This document shows positions 39,170 to 55,319 of a stretch of 64,000 nt of DNA, one piece after another. The notes beneath the pieces were generated by a model. The model had not been told where the DNA came from. It saw nothing but the letters and a program-made list of their open reading frames with translations, and did no database searches. Position numbers and translations under genes: made by a program. This stretch comes from Macrostomum lignano. Its lineage: Eukaryota. The number at the start of each line of letters is the position of its first letter. Position 1 is the first letter of the stretch. The stretch is from the NCBI GenBank assembly GCA_002269645.1, contig NIVC01000283.1, positions 1 to 64,000 of the forward strand. The letters are read 5' to 3'.

Positions 39170-40846
39170 TATGTATATTTGTATTTGTGCTTTTATTTGG
39201 TAGCTCTACTAACCTAATTCTATGATTTATATCTGCTTTCTGTGACCAAAGTCTGAAAATATGTTTAATAGATAAAGTAGATTATATATGACATACATTT
39301 TATGAACTTGGATTGAAAATTAAAATATAAACTAGAGTTGATGCGTTACAAAGGCTTATAAGGGATAATTAGTCAGTTGCCAAGATTTAAATTGCATGAT
39401 AATAATTTAAACTCTAATATACAGGGTTAGTTGTAATATACTTAAAACTAGATATATTTTATATTAATATCTAAATATGTACATTTGCACTAGACCAATC
39501 ATTGTGCTTTCAGTCTCAGACAGACCCTTTTAGTGGCATAATACAGTATAACAAAAAAAGAAACAATAAATAGTGCTGCTGTGCAACCAAACAAAAAGGA
39601 AGAAACAAATAGTATAAACATATAATGAGGCATATACAAGATCATAGCATATGATAAAAACTAACATACAATAGGTCCTAGCATATCTAAGCACAAGGAT
39701 CTAAGCACAAGGATCATATAAGCCAATATGCAAATTATGTTAATTAGGATAGTAGATTTTAAGTTAAGATAAATAAAATAGAGCTCTAGATAGTCTTTTT
39801 AAAAACTAAATAAATAAGACAATATTAATTAACAATCAGTTAATGATTGCTATCATTATTTACAAAGGAATTTTATGAAGTGTTTTATGACTTGTCTTAT
39901 ATAGAAATGGCAAATTTGAAGAAAATAAGCCTAACTTTATTTCAAATCAATAACTTTAAAATATAATTATGTGAAATAAATAATAAATAAAAGTACAATA
40001 AAAAATAAACCCTGGTTATAAAGTTTGAAGCTAAGCATAAAGTCATAAAATGCAAAACTAATAGGGCTTTAGAGTTTCAGATATAATAAGGCAATCTTCT
40101 AATTTAGCATATTTAATTTTTTAAACAAAGTTTAAACAATTGAACAAAGGAAAGTTTGTTAAACTAAAAATATAGAGTTTCAGATGTCATATTAATGTGC
40201 CACCTAGAAAAGGATATTGCCAAAGGTGTTATACAGCTGGCAACAGCACCAAAGAAACTTGTCCAAGTGGATATTTAACAGGGCCTTAGATTTGCTAGAG
40301 TTGCCAAAGTAGCAAAGGTCTGCTGCAGGTCATTTATATGCAATAGGAATTATACTATTAGCGGGTAGTAGATGCTACAAAGAATCTAGCCAGCCATAGT
40401 CTAGATCATACTAGGTGCATGCCCAAACTAAAATTGAATAATTACAAATGCATGCCTATTTTCAAAACTATACTAGTGTTGCAATAATAAATGACCTTTT
40501 ATAGATTGTGAAAATAAATTACTTATTTAAAATTGCTTAAAAGAACCTTTTTAATAGATAATTTAATTGATTTTTATGCTTTTTAACAATATTATTTATA
40601 GCAAAAAATTGATATGTGCAAAGATTTGTTTAAGAGCCTTATTAAGAGTTTTAAAAACCTAGAAAGCTTGAAATTGATGCTTAAAATAAACTTTTTTTCT
40701 ATTTACTTAACACTAACTTTATTTAGTGCATACCAGGTGTGCAAACACACTTTTTTCTTAGGAGCAATATTTTAATTATACAAGCCTACTTTTAACATAT
40801 AAGGCCAAAGCATACCTAAATTTTTAGGCATATATTACATGATCTA

Positions 40847-43800
40847 CCCAGTGCGTGAGCCACCATTGGGCCACTGGTGGGCCACCGGTGGTGCGGTGGC
40901 CATGAGTAACAGACTATTATTTTACTAGAAGCTTGCAAAAACAATTGAAAAGTGCTGGAATGTTTATTTATTTTAGCCTAATTGTTTTTTGACAGGATCC
41001 AAGCATGGTTGGCATCGGGGTGGCATTACAGTGGCAAATGGGCAAGTTGGCATTGAGGTGGCATTTAGATGGCCATTGACATAATAACAACTGCTGTTAC
41101 TGTAAGCCCATAGTGTTTTATTCGTGTTATAATTTGTAGAAAAACTTTCCTAGTAGTTTTTTTCACTAAGTTTGGAATTTACATTTGTTAGTTGGTCAGA
41201 CAGTGGCGTAGAACCACGATGCCAACCCCAAAAAGCAGCTTGAGTCGAAGAAAGTTAAATAATAAATTAACGAAGAAAAATTTTTACTAAACTAAAAAAT
41301 TACTAGATTATTTCAGAGAATCTGTTTTAGACAGTTTCCTTGTCAAAATTTGTTTCACTATTTTAAAAAAAGTCAACTATTTAAATTATGTAAACAAATC
41401 TTTTTTCATCTTATACTACGACTACTACTCTGCTTTAATGGATTAAAGTTGTTAAGTGCGTATAGGCCTACTTCAGGTTCAATAACCCTCAAATTGAATG
41501 GCTGGGTGTTTTTAAGTGACTACCACATTGACATAATACATATTCATTATGTTTAGGCCCCTATTTTGCTTTAAAAATTTTTGTGAATTGATTGAGCCAG
41601 CACTTGTCCTGATCTATAATAGGCCTATAATTATAGGCACATTAATATAGTTGGCTAGGTCTATAAATGGACCAGACCAGTGTCTTAACAGAGTTTTATT
41701 CTTATATAATATATATAGCATATTGTTGAACATTTTTCTAACTCAATTATATTTTCTAGTTAGAAAGTCTTATTTATTTTCATTCTATATAAAGTACACA
41801 TTTTCACATTCAATTCAATTTTGATCAAAGTCCAGTTCTAAAAAACTGGCAGAAATTCAATTCAGACTAGGGCAACAAACCCCAGTTCAAAACATTCTGC
41901 TATCAAAGCAATGTTTAGCCATAGACAAAATTGTCCCTAGTCTGAATTGTCTAAATTGAATTTCCGCAAGTTTTTTTAGAACTGGACTTTGATCAAAATT
42001 GAACATAAAAAGGTGTACTATAGGGCCTATAGCTATTATATAGGGCCTAATAGGCCCTAACTAGGCCTATTTTGGTAAAAATTTAGGCCCACTTAAACAT
42101 TTTAAGGCCTATAGCATTGATGGATAGGCCTAGGCTAATACTTATTTGAAAGATTTTTAATTTTAATGGGAACCAGGCCTATTTTTTTATTTTAAAGCAA
42201 TCTAAATTTAGCATAAAAAGACAAAAATAAGTTGTAGAACTAGGCCCTACCTATGTTAAAACATATCTTTTTCAAAAAAGTTATACATAAACTATATCTA
42301 TTTTGATTCAAATTCAAAGTAGGCCTATATATTAATAGATATGCAAAAAAACCTAGCTTAATAAGGTAGGCCTAATAGGGCCTAATTAATTTTATGTTTT
42401 GAGTTTGAGTTTTGATTTTAATTTTAAGTTTTGATAAGAACTTTTCAAGAGACTAGGCCTAATAACCATTATATAAATAGAATTTTGTTTTGTTAAATAA
42501 GTCTCAAATTTAAATCTTATTTATATTAACTTTCCAGCCTTTTACTATGATTGTCAACTGCAACTGATTTGTTCTATTCTATAAGCACTAAAGTTCTGCT
42601 TGCTTATATTGGATTGAAGTGAAAAAACAATGGCCTTTTCTTATCTTGATTGGTACTATCTAGCAAGACAAGCTCTATACTAAGGACAAATAACAAAAGC
42701 TAAGGTTTGAAGGCCAAGCCAGCAACATGTGAATGCTTGATACAATAGACTCATAGCAATGTTTTGGGTGATATGGTTGCCTATTATAATGGGACAGAAA
42801 AACTGTTTAAGCAATAACACTGCCTTATTCAAACTATGCATTGTTCTAATTTTTTTCAACTAACCTGTTTGTTTGCTTGACTATAAGATGCACTGTCTTG
42901 AATAATTTGCCCTTCCTTGCTTTGAATAATTTGCTTTGTAAAAGAATTTTGAGATGTAAACCTCATACCTATAAAAGAGCCTTAAAGGTCCACATGTTCT
43001 TTCTGGCATATGAGCAGAAGATAGCTGGAAAAGAAAACCTGTTATATTTTTATCTCGTTTTTTTGCCTTATTTTTTAAAATAATTGCATTGCAAACATTT
43101 AACAGTAAAAATCTTTTTTATTTAATTCTGCTTTTCTCATTTTTTATTTTGCTGCGATAGAATTGGGATTTTTACCTTTTAAAATATGTATCTTAGTATA
43201 CTTTTACATTTTTAAAGATATTGCCTTAACTTGTAATTATCAGTTGGCTCTGGATTTTGATTTTGCATTTACCATATATAGCCTTTGTATCTCTTTTCCT
43301 CCTAACAGCTTTCCCAATCATGCATCAATATCATTGCTTACAGGTTAATGATTTTGAGACATGCATTAATAATAGCTCTAATACTTTTAAATTTTACTTG
43401 TTTTATGTTTGCCTTTCTTAGAAAAACCTTTATTCAAATCTGCGCGAAATATTTGTTAGAATGTTGTGGTTTGCAAAAATATTTTTGCAATTATTATTTT
43501 GTTTAAACTATAACGAATTTTGGGTATAAATAGATACGCTGAGCAGACTTGAGGAAGCAACCGTTTGCTGCCTCTCGGTTTTCGATAAGCAAATTTAGTT
43601 CATTCTAAATATTGAAATCGCTTAAAGACTTAATCATTTCTTAGAGTATAAGAACCCCAATTGGGAGTATCAGAAACTGCTACAAGCGAGAAACCGCCTC
43701 AGGGCAGTAAATTGTAAATTCGCCTCAGGGCAGGAGAACTGCCTCATAACGAGAGAAGATCGCCTCAGGGCAGAGAAGGAACACAAGCTGTGACCCTCTG

Positions 43801-44650
43801 ATCCAGGGAACGCCCAGGACTGAGAGAATAATATTAGGGAAAGTATAGGAATATAATAGACAGTGCTATTAGACCGCTCAGGCCAGAAAAGTACAATAGA
43901 AGTTCATACGCTACCAATAGAAGTACATACGCTACCAATAGAAGTACATGCGCTACCAGTAGAAAGACAATTAATAACCAGTAGAATTGTTAAGGAGAAA
44001 TAGCTTTATTACAACTTTGGTGGCAGCTAGTAAGGCTAGCAAAAGGAATAATTAAGAGCCCTACAACAATTTTATTTCTTTATTATTATAATTGAATTGT
44101 AACTATGGGTATCTACTGTGCTATTTTCAAAATATAATGGTAATAATATATTTAATAATACTTGAATGTTTCTTGGTCATGTCCAAAAAATATCATAGTG
44201 TCTATTGCATGAAAAATCAAGCTTACTTGTGACTGTTTCTTTTTTATAGTTTCTATTCTTTGCCTTGTCTTATAACTAATACAAGAATGCATACTGCTAA
44301 GAGAAACTAGGGATAAATTGCTATTGTGTCATGTCATGTTACAAATATATGCACAATGGTAGCAGATTACTAAATTTACAGTGAAGTCTTGGCTTTTAAA
44401 ACAGTGGCACTTTAGTGGCTGAAGGGTGGCATTGCAGTGTGGCTGAAGGGTGGCACTGCAGTGGCTGAAGGGTGGCACTGCAGTGGCTGAAGGGTGGCAC
44501 TGCAGTGGCTAAAGGGTGGCACTGCAGTGGCTGAAGGGTGGCACTGCATTGGCTGGCCACCATTGGGCCACCCTCGGCTCCCGAGACAAAACCTCCGGTG
44601 GTCCACTGGTGGCTGGCCATTGGTGGGCCATTGGTGGCTTGCACACTGGG
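40847..44650. mobile_element. Non-autonomous TIR DNA transposon (~3.8 kb), probably CMC/EnSpm-like
   Basis: Left end cccagtgcgtgagccaccattggg; reverse complement of the right end cccagtgtgcaagccaccaatggc. TA on both flanks (atcTA|..|TAgag), subterminal repeats (22-bp array at 44405-44550), no transposase ORF. Confidence 0.75.
41793..42019. mobile_element. ~230-bp foldback element (MITE-like) nested in the 40847-44650 element
   Basis: Long inverted arms ttcaattttgatcaaagtccagttctaaaaaa..ttcagactaggg and their reverse complement. Confidence 0.7.
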
Positions 44651-45178
44651 TAGAGTATGGCTAGCCAGCTATGATTGCATAAGAATTGTTGCTCAAGATT
44701 GATAAGAAAGCAAACAAGGCAAGAAATTTCTCATAATCCCTATCTTTCTTGCTCTAGTTATCTTTCAAAAAACAGTGGAATGATTGCAGGTTTTGGCCAT
44801 AGACATAGCCAATACAATAGCCATGCATTTCAAACTAATTGATATACTACCATATCTTTAACTTATGTGAATTTAAATAATTAATGGCAAAAACTAAGGA
44901 AGTAATTATTTTTTTGTAAAATAATTAAATGTGCAAAACTAGAGGATTGCCAACAATAACTTTATAGCAGGTCTTAACTAGATAGAGCCTAGGCCTAATG
45001 CTAGGTTAAAGTTTAAACAAAATCTTCACTATTTTTACTTTTTAATGGTTAGCATTGTTGCCTCAGTCTAGAAACAACTTTTAGTATGCTAATTAATGTT
45101 CATACAAATGGAAAAATGAAATAAATGCACTAGGCTTAACTAGGCCTATAAAATAATAGCAAAAATGATGAAAATATC

Positions 45179-45377
45179 CAGTAGCGCAACCAGAAATTTT
45201 TCAAGGGGGGGGGCGGATTCTGAGGGTAAAGTCCCGGGAGGGGGGGGGCGGCGGAGGGGTGGCTCTGTTTTTGGCAAAAATTCGCTTGGTCCCCCCTTTT
45301 TATTTTTTTTCGGTCCCCCGCCTAAGGGGGGGGCGACCGCCCCCCCCCCCCGCATCCCCCCCCTGGTTGCGCCACTG
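45179..45377. mobile_element. 199-bp hAT-type MITE
   Basis: TIRs cagt(a/g)gcgcaaccag and a perfect 8-bp TSD AAAATATC (45171-45178 and 45378-45385). Confidence 0.9.
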
Positions 45378-47482
45378 AAAATATCTTTGTTGCCATATTA
45401 CATGATAGGCCTAAATGAGGCTACACTACATCCAAATGAAAGGAGAAGAATTACTAAAAATAACCTCAAAATCTTACTGGAGTCCCTATGACTTAACTCC
45501 CTACTATTTAAATAGAAATTAAGCACTATTGTGTGCATAGTGCATTGAATCAGTTTTTTTTTATTTACAGGAAATTTGATTGTCTAATGTTTTTTACTAT
45601 CTTTAAATTTATTGTTGCATAGGCCTAATGTATATTAAAATATATTATTTAAATAGATATTATATTCCTAAAATCGAATAATTAACTAAGACTGGATATT
45701 CAGCTTAGAGTGCTGGAACCCAAAATAAATGTATCATTATCATTATTATCAATATCATATCATCGATCAGTCAGTCGAATGTTAAAACATATATAGTTAG
45801 AGTTCAAATGCGTGATTTAAAATATAAGCATATTTTTGCAGCGTAAAACAAATGAACACTGCTGTTTAAAACTCTGTAAAATAACTACTTTTAAAAATGC
45901 AATCGAAAGTGTTCTAGTTTTGTAAAAAAAATTACGATTCCTCGTCATTAGCTTTGAAGTTTCAATGTTCCGGACAAATCATCTTACAATAATCGCTGCA
46001 CAAAATAAAACTATTTTTTCTCAACTGAATCGCTAGCGGTACAAGTCCTTAAACATTCAAAAACGAACCAATTAGCACTAGTAGTAAAAACAAAAAACGC
46101 AAGGACAAGCCGGAAAAGAAATACTGAGTAAAAAATTGGCGATTAAAGAAAATGTTGGAGGCCGATTTTCATGTAACTCATCGTCATTTAATCTTGTAGA
46201 CTTAATTTTTACTCATCCAGCACAAAATATTTCCTCTTGCAACTCATTGTGTCGATATTCATTAAACTGCTTAAACAGCATGCAGAAACGTCATGAGATG
46301 ACGAGATGCGCGGGTAACATCTAGATAACATCTATACTCTGGAAATTTTGTAACTGATGGTACGTATTTCAGTAAACTATGTAAGGCAGTATAACTGCAT
46401 GTTCAGTAAATGAAGCTCCTATTATTTATGCACAATGGCACACTATACATACTTCGCACCCATCCATTTTAGTCAACAATTAGCCCAAATGCTAAGAGTG
46501 CATAAGCGCATGAAACTCTCAAAACTCAAAACTCTCGCAAACAGCTTAACACCTGCAGCAGTCTGCACCAACTCCGCCAATTGGTAATAATATACATGTA
46601 ATGAATTTTTTATAATGATACTGGCTTGGTTATGCCACAGGCATCCAAAATGATCACAAATAGGGAAGAAAGGATCCAATTATGCATCAGCCTTGATATT
46701 AGCTCTGCATGAGCATATACATGCATTGAGGGCCGGACCTGAAGATCCACGTCTGTCGTCTTTGATGCAAAAATGCAACCAACCGAAATATTTAGGCGCT
46801 GAATGAGCAAAGCTGTGTAATCTCAATACTTTTACATTAATAGCGAACACCGTTTAGCCTAGCTATTGATCACGTAAAAATCTGATCTTCGGCTTGAATA
46901 CGAGCAGCGAGGGGTGACCTCCCATGCATCTTCCATTCCACAAAGTCCACATGAATCTTTCTCTCTAGGCTACGGAAGGTAAATGGCGGATACAGATGTA
47001 AATGAAACGACAGCCGCGACATACTTCTAAATCGTAGAAAGATGAAGAACGATGTTTAGAATAAGACTTGGCCATTTACGCTAGTAGTGTAAGGTTGTGA
47101 TAGAAAGCTTGCGATTTTTAAAGAGAGATTGAACTGCCGCAGAGGGAGGCTTTGCTGCTCGACCTTGCTCATTCAGTACCGCGGGGCCGGGGCAGGACTG
47201 TACAGTGTACAGTGCTACATGAAGGTAGCTCTGTAGGATAGGATAGGAAATCAAATTCGTCCTTTTCTCTACAGGTAAGCTGTACAATTAGCAGAGAGTA
47301 CACTCAGTACAGCTCACCCCCTGCGTTTGAACAGCCCGTGCTGCGGAGCAGAGCAGGAAGAGAATGTAGAGAGAACCGCACGGTCACTACTTTAAGCTAG
47401 TCTTTTCCATTTATCTCGTATTAAAGCTGTAGTCACCACTAAGCTAAATGAAGCTAAGGAAAAGGTAAAAAATATCGAAAGC

Positions 47483-47542
47483 ATGACTGACTCTTTGGCG
47501 ACCGCTGGCAGCTATGCGGAAGACTTTCAGAGCTCCATCGCT

Positions 47543-47576
<34 letters not shown>

Positions 47577-48646
47577 GCAGCTCCTCGAACTCAAAGCAGT
47601 CTGAAACTCAGTCTTCGTCGTTCGTAAAAGACGAGCTGAACAAGCAGCCTGCCGTATCATATCGCCATCACGACAGGCAATCCAAGCGTTTGATCTGCAT
47701 ATATGCGCCGGAATTCGAAGAAGTCTCGGACGAGAGCAGCGATTTAGAAGTAGACAGTGTCGCTGATCGACCTGGCCAACATCATCAGCAGCCCGCTGAT
47801 CAGCTGACCGCGAGGTCCCGGCGTTCAACCATCAACGCGAGCTACTCGAGCAGCTTTGAGGCGACAACAACAGGCACAGGCACAGGCACTGGCACTGGCA
47901 CAGGTACTCGCCGCCGACCAACTGCAACCAGCAGCAGCAGTAGCAGCAGAAGTCGGAGCAACTCGTCCTCTTCAAGTAGCGACGCTTTAAACCGCACGAT
48001 GAGTCGAATGCACATAATCTCTATCGAAGAGTTGACGGAGGCGCACGCCGAGGGCCAGGCGGAGCATCGCTTCTTGGACAACGCTCGCGAGCGTTTGACT
48101 CGACTGGCTGACAGCGACTCGTCGGAGTCAACAGTGTCGTCGCAGGCAACTCAGCCAGCAGCGATGCTGAAGCCCGGATACGTGTACGACGAGCGAACCG
48201 CTGAGGCAGCTGCTGCGGCGCTGCTGAGGCGACTTCGACTGAGGCAGCCTTCGACTGCCGAATCAACCGCAATGGATCCTCCGCCATCGAGCTGCTACTA
48301 CTTTCCGTTTTGTTCAACGCCCGTCAACTTCGAAGTACCTCGCCTAGCAATTGAACAGCTTCGAGTCGACAGTCTCCGTCGCGGAGGTCGTCGGCTGCTT
48401 TCAGCCACGGGTCACGATCCCGCCAGGTGCGATGACTGTGGACAGGTTCGCGATCGTCTTGCCAACGCCGAGTGGCTACTTGACCTGACCAGGCGAGTGC
48501 GCAGAGACACAACAGAGCAGCGGTTGCGTCAGAACGATTTGGCCAGCGTGATGTCGCGTCAGATGCTGAATGTGGCGCAAAATGCTCGACTGGTGTCGGA
48601 TTGGTTGCAGACTGGCAGGGCTCCGCCGTTCCACGGCCTATCCTGA
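47483..48646 (+). CDS. Intronless 387-aa protein with a Ser-rich N-terminus and a C-terminal C8orf48/DUF4606-like region
   Basis: Long ATG-to-stop ORF. VPRLAIEQLR..HDPARCDDCGQVRDRLANAEWL resembles the remembered H-x4-C-x2-C-x3-R-x2-LA motif of C8orf48; family call is by eye. Confidence 0.75.
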
Positions 48647-49875
48647 CTCAGAATATTTTTTTAATATAAATGTTTAGATTTATATTACTTAATTGTCGTA
48701 CTATAAGTTATTGAAGTAATCTTTACTGTTTTTATTAAAAAGCGATCTTTAATCAATCGATCAATTAATTTGTTTAAACGGGGCATAGCTAGCCTTGCTA
48801 ACACGAGTTTACTAAAATATTGTTTCAAAAATTTTCTGGAAGAAGTCAGGTGTGTTAACTGTTTATCGACGTCGCTGAAAAATGAGCACTTTACATTGTA
48901 CAGAAATTCAGCTGAAGTATTACGTTGTCAAAGGGTGAAGTATGAAGCTATAATATTGATCCTCTTAGCTAGACACATCAGAACACATCACAGACACATC
49001 AGACTGCATCAAATACACATCAGACTACATCCTAGGTACATCAGACCACATTAAACACGTCGGGACTTTAGCAGTCCACCATACAAGCACAGAAATTATA
49101 TGTGAGTAGACATATCGCATATACATATGTACGAGTATTAGGTTGCAGAGGAGAAACAGGCCGGAGGGCCGGCAGCACCAGCCTGAGGTGTCATTGGGTA
49201 GACACCAAGCTATAAAAATGACTGTTTGACTACGGATGATTTTAAAACTTCATTGCTTTCAAGGACAAAAATTCCTACCACGAAGCTTGTAGACGCTTAT
49301 TAATGCATTCCAGCTATTAAACTCTGCTATTTCGTGCCTCCATAAAGATTGTAAAACTCTGGACAATTGCTTCTCGTTATAACTATCTATCTTCACTGAT
49401 AGTAAGTCAAGCTAAATTGTGTATATTAATTATTAATGAGAGCCAGGTGGGCTTGCTATAGTCTCCACTGACAGGATATGCCCCAAGCCCCCTCCCAGTA
49501 AAGGCTATGGAGGACATGCCAATGCTTTGTCCCCCCAACCCCACCTTGTGAGCCGTTGTGGAAATCAATAATTTGCTTCAGGGTGCCAATATGAGCGCTA
49601 GCAACACCGATTCTCAAAAAAATGTACATGTTGGAATTTAGTCATGTAGAATTCTTGACTTTGCTCTCCCCACACCATAAAATCCCCGGCGCGCCCCTGC
49701 TCTCATTGGGGTAGCTAATTCGAGCTATTGAGAAGAAACCTGACTGAAGCACTGGGTGGTTGGTTGCTTTGATTTGAAAAGGGCAGGTTGGAAGCTACAA
49801 GGAAATGAATGGTACTGTGCAAGATAACGACTACACTTTACCGCTGCTCCGAACTTCACGCAATGGCCGATAAAG

Positions 49876-50000
49876 TCAGTGGACTGAGGAGGGCGACCGC
49901 TTCGACGGTACAGCGTCGTACGCGCGGCTCAAAGACAGTCGGTTCGTCTCCAGCGACCCGTCGGCCAGCTTCACGTGACTGATGAGGCTCAGAAGAGAGC
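49876..50000 (+). pseudogene. Relic of a third PAN-LamG paralog
   Basis: cagtggactgaggagggcgaccgcttcgacggtacagcgtcgtacgcg..agcttcacgTGActgatgaggctc matches 51570-51690 with a 1-nt insertion and TGG->TGA. Confidence 0.85.
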
Positions 50001-51068
50001 CGAGTTGCCAACTTTGCCTAATCGAGTCATGGCACCGCAGTTGCCGCAGCTCCCTGTCTGAACAGCTAGCAGAACTGGACAACGTCTCTTGACTGCAATA
50101 AGCGAGCGAAATCGAGCGAAATCCCCTGAGACTTGGTTTCAAAGAAATTTTGAAATTAAAATCATTGAATGCAGTTGCCCCGTAAGTTTTTATTAAAGGA
50201 TCATTTGAAAGTCACATTGAGATTCCCACGAAAACGTTGGACAACAGTCGAAGCCCCTGTTCTCAGAATTGACGTTCAACAAGTTTCAGTTCAGAAAACC
50301 TTTTTATTTCTGATCGATCTTGGAACATAATAATAGTGCTATAGGAAAAATAGAATTCTTCATATCAAAGCAACGTGAAAACTTCTAAGATAGGACCAAG
50401 TGGTTCGAATTTCGCATTGAGGCCAGTTTTCACTGCCCATTGCTCATACGTTTAGTCAGATAGAAAGTTTTCAGTTTTTGAGCATGTGAGGTGTCTTGTG
50501 AGATTTACTTGAGTTTGAAACCGGAAGTTTCGCTAGAAACAGAGGACTTCCCAATGCATTTATATGTAGAAGCGCAAACAACTTCCAGCGAAAGTGGAAG
50601 AGTGGGGTGTCCTTCTGATTTAGCTATCAGTGGCATGGCAACGCGGAAGTCCGGGCAGTTGAGGTTGCATCCTTAGGATTTCGCTGCTTCTGCCTCTAAA
50701 AAGCTTTGCTCTCAACAGTGAGCCACAAGTCAACGCGTTTGAGAACTGAGCTTACCGATGTACACCGAATTAATCGATACTGGGCCACCTCTGATACGCT
50801 TTACTGCTTGTTGCGGCAACATGCCAGGGCTGCCCCTCCCAACCTCTTGACAAATGCAGGACTCCCTGCCTCACTGGGAATGGGAACTAGATAGAGTTAG
50901 CTGCTGGATGCAGAGGCTCATGCAAATCAGGAGCCGCCACTGGATGTCGCTATGGCCACGCCACTCCCCTCCCCACTCCGCTGCGGAGAGCCAGAGAAGA
51001 CAAGCTGAAGCAATTTAATTGGAACGAAGCAGCGAAAACCCAAGCGCAACTTCTCTAAGCCGCAAAAA

Positions 51069-52127
51069 ATGGAGTCACCGGGCAAAACCCACAGCTGCAA
51101 AATCATCAAGACAGCCGCTCTTCTTCTGCTGCTGCCTCTTGCTGACTCGACAGCGAGCTGCCGAAGACGCTGGTGCCAGTACCGGATGCTGCACTGCCTC
51201 AACGAGACCTCGGCGCTGACTCGATGGAGCTCGCAAAGCCTGCAAGCCTGCGTGTTGAAAGCGAGCAGCGAGCCTGACGACCTGGTGCTTGAGTGGAACA
51301 AGCAGACAGGTGTGTGCTCGCTCTTCCACTACCAGCAGGTGTGTCGCACGATGCAGGCAAGCGGTGCCGTCGCGATCGGAGCTGGAGCTGCAGTGCAGCA
51401 GTCGCAGTGCTCGGTGTATCGCGCGTTGTCGTTGGCGAGCTGCGACGCCTCGCTCGACGCTCAGCTGGTGGGCGTGTGGCTGGCAGGTGGGAGCAGCCGG
51501 TTCAGCAACCTGGTGTGCCAGAGCGATAGCGGCGGCGGCGGCAGCCACCGACTGGAGAGCGCGAACATGCAGTGGACTGAGGAGGGCGCCCGCTTCGACG
51601 GGACATCGTCGTACGCGCTGCTCAACGACAATCGCTTCGTCTCGAGCGACCCGTCGGCCAGCTTCACGTGGCTGATGAGGCTCAAGAGGCAGCCGAGGAT
51701 CCAGCCCTTCATGGAGGCTGTGTCCTGCTCAAACTTGGTTATAGTGGGGTCCCACTTTTGGGAGTACGATTCGGTCAATAGGCTTTATATCAGCAAAACG
51801 ATATCAAATTCCGAAAGCAGCAGGTTCGTGCTGTACTCCGACAATGAAAATCTGCTGCCAGCGAGCGACGAATCGTGGATCAACATCGGGGTCACCGTCA
51901 AAGCCGGCAACTCAACTCTGTCGTCAATGTACTTTAGCGGCAGTTTTGTCTCTGCCAGCAGCGCCACTGAACAAGCCGATCATCAGCTGCCCTGCCAGTT
52001 CCTGTCGGTGGGTCGCAGGTTCGCCGGAGGAGGCACCAGTCTCAATGGAGTCGTTCGAGCCGTGGCTGTCGCCAACACCTCAATGACGCTGGCCGAAATC
52101 AATGAGTTCTTCTCTGTGCTGCCTTGA
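51069..52127 (+). CDS. Secreted protein, 352 aa: signal peptide, degenerate PAN/apple-like domain, ConA-like/LamG (pentraxin-like) domain; paralog A
   Basis: Hydrophobic leader AALLLLLPLADS; SLQAC..WNKQTGVCSLF; ARFDGTSSYALL, SFTW, WINIGVT, MYFSG, LSVG, LNGVVRAVAV, MTLAEI pattern of Laminin_G_3; intronless. Confidence 0.85.
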   Translation: MESPGKTHSCKIIKTAALLLLLPLADSTASCRRRWCQYRMLHCLNETSALTRWSSQSLQACVLKASSEPDDLVLEWNKQTGVCSLFHYQQVCRTMQASGAVAIGAGAAVQQSQCSVYRALSLASCDASLDAQLVGVWLAGGSSRFSNLVCQSDSGGGGSHRLESANMQWTEEGARFDGTSSYALLNDNRFVSSDPSASFTWLMRLKRQPRIQPFMEAVSCSNLVIVGSHFWEYDSVNRLYISKTISNSESSRFVLYSDNENLLPASDESWINIGVTVKAGNSTLSSMYFSGSFVSASSATEQADHQLPCQFLSVGRRFAGGGTSLNGVVRAVAVANTSMTLAEINEFFSVLP

Positions 52128-53003
52128 AAACATCGGCCGCTTTAATTGCAGCTTGTAGTCAGACAAGAAGTTCGAACTATTAAAGCCAAATATTAAAGCC
52201 GCTTACTTCATTCTTCGGTTTTTCAATGTCCCCACCCAAGCTAGATTCTTTACCTGATTGGCGTTGCGCAAAAATTAATCTAATGAAACGATCATAAACA
52301 CGTGGCATGAAAGTTGCCTTTTGACTTTCAGAGGAGTTCAATTCAATTTCTGTGAAGCCTTGTAATACTTGTTCTGTGTCTAATGACTTTAGGGGAACCC
52401 TCCATTGCTGGCTGTTCATGGCAAATAAAAAAAAATTTAGGAGGGCTGCGGGCACCCTGCCGTAGCGCCTTCGGCGACATCGTCCCACAATATCCAGTGC
52501 TGACGGCAATCCTGCCCAGGTGTGTAGATTCTCTATGCCAAGGGAAGGGGGGTTGGCCCTCGCCCCCAGGAGCTCTGGCTGACTGACAAGCGGCACGCAC
52601 TAGCAAACAAACGCTTCAGTTATCGAGTTCTTGTTTTGCGAGAACTTGTTTTGAGGAGTTGTTGAGTATCAAGAAATAGCCATGTTGGCACAGGACTCAG
52701 ACTCATGGCGATGGGGCTTATCAATGTCAGCTTAGTCCATCTTGTTTATTAGCCCCAGGCCCTTATTCACTTTTAATTTCACGGAGAAACGCCCTACAAA
52801 ACTCTCGATGCTGTCAATCTCATTCTCAAAGTCAATAGGAACATTGTATTGAAAATTTATGCCTGTTACTGGACAAGTTTATTTAATTTTTCCAAACAAA
52901 GGCACTTAAGTCTAGATTTGAGATGCCCCAGTCTCATTGAATTGTAAAGCGTAAATCGGCGCGTAGTTTTCTTAAAATTCTGAGTTTTGAACTCAGTTCT
53001 GGT

Positions 53004-55319
<2,316 letters not shown>

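Noticed and set aside
49436-49707. Short imperfect inverted repeat (aatgagagc[c]agg ... cctgctctcatt) around a C-rich segment
   Set aside because: About 12 bp, imperfect, no TSD identified
50400-50415. GGTTCGAAT B-box-like motif
   Set aside because: No A-box or cloverleaf; no tRNA or rRNA genes were recognised anywhere in the window
51075-51778. Antisense and alternative-frame ORFs over GC-rich CDSs (also at 13081, 32091, 54997, 57249)
   Set aside because: Shadow ORFs of real genes caused by GC-rich codon usage
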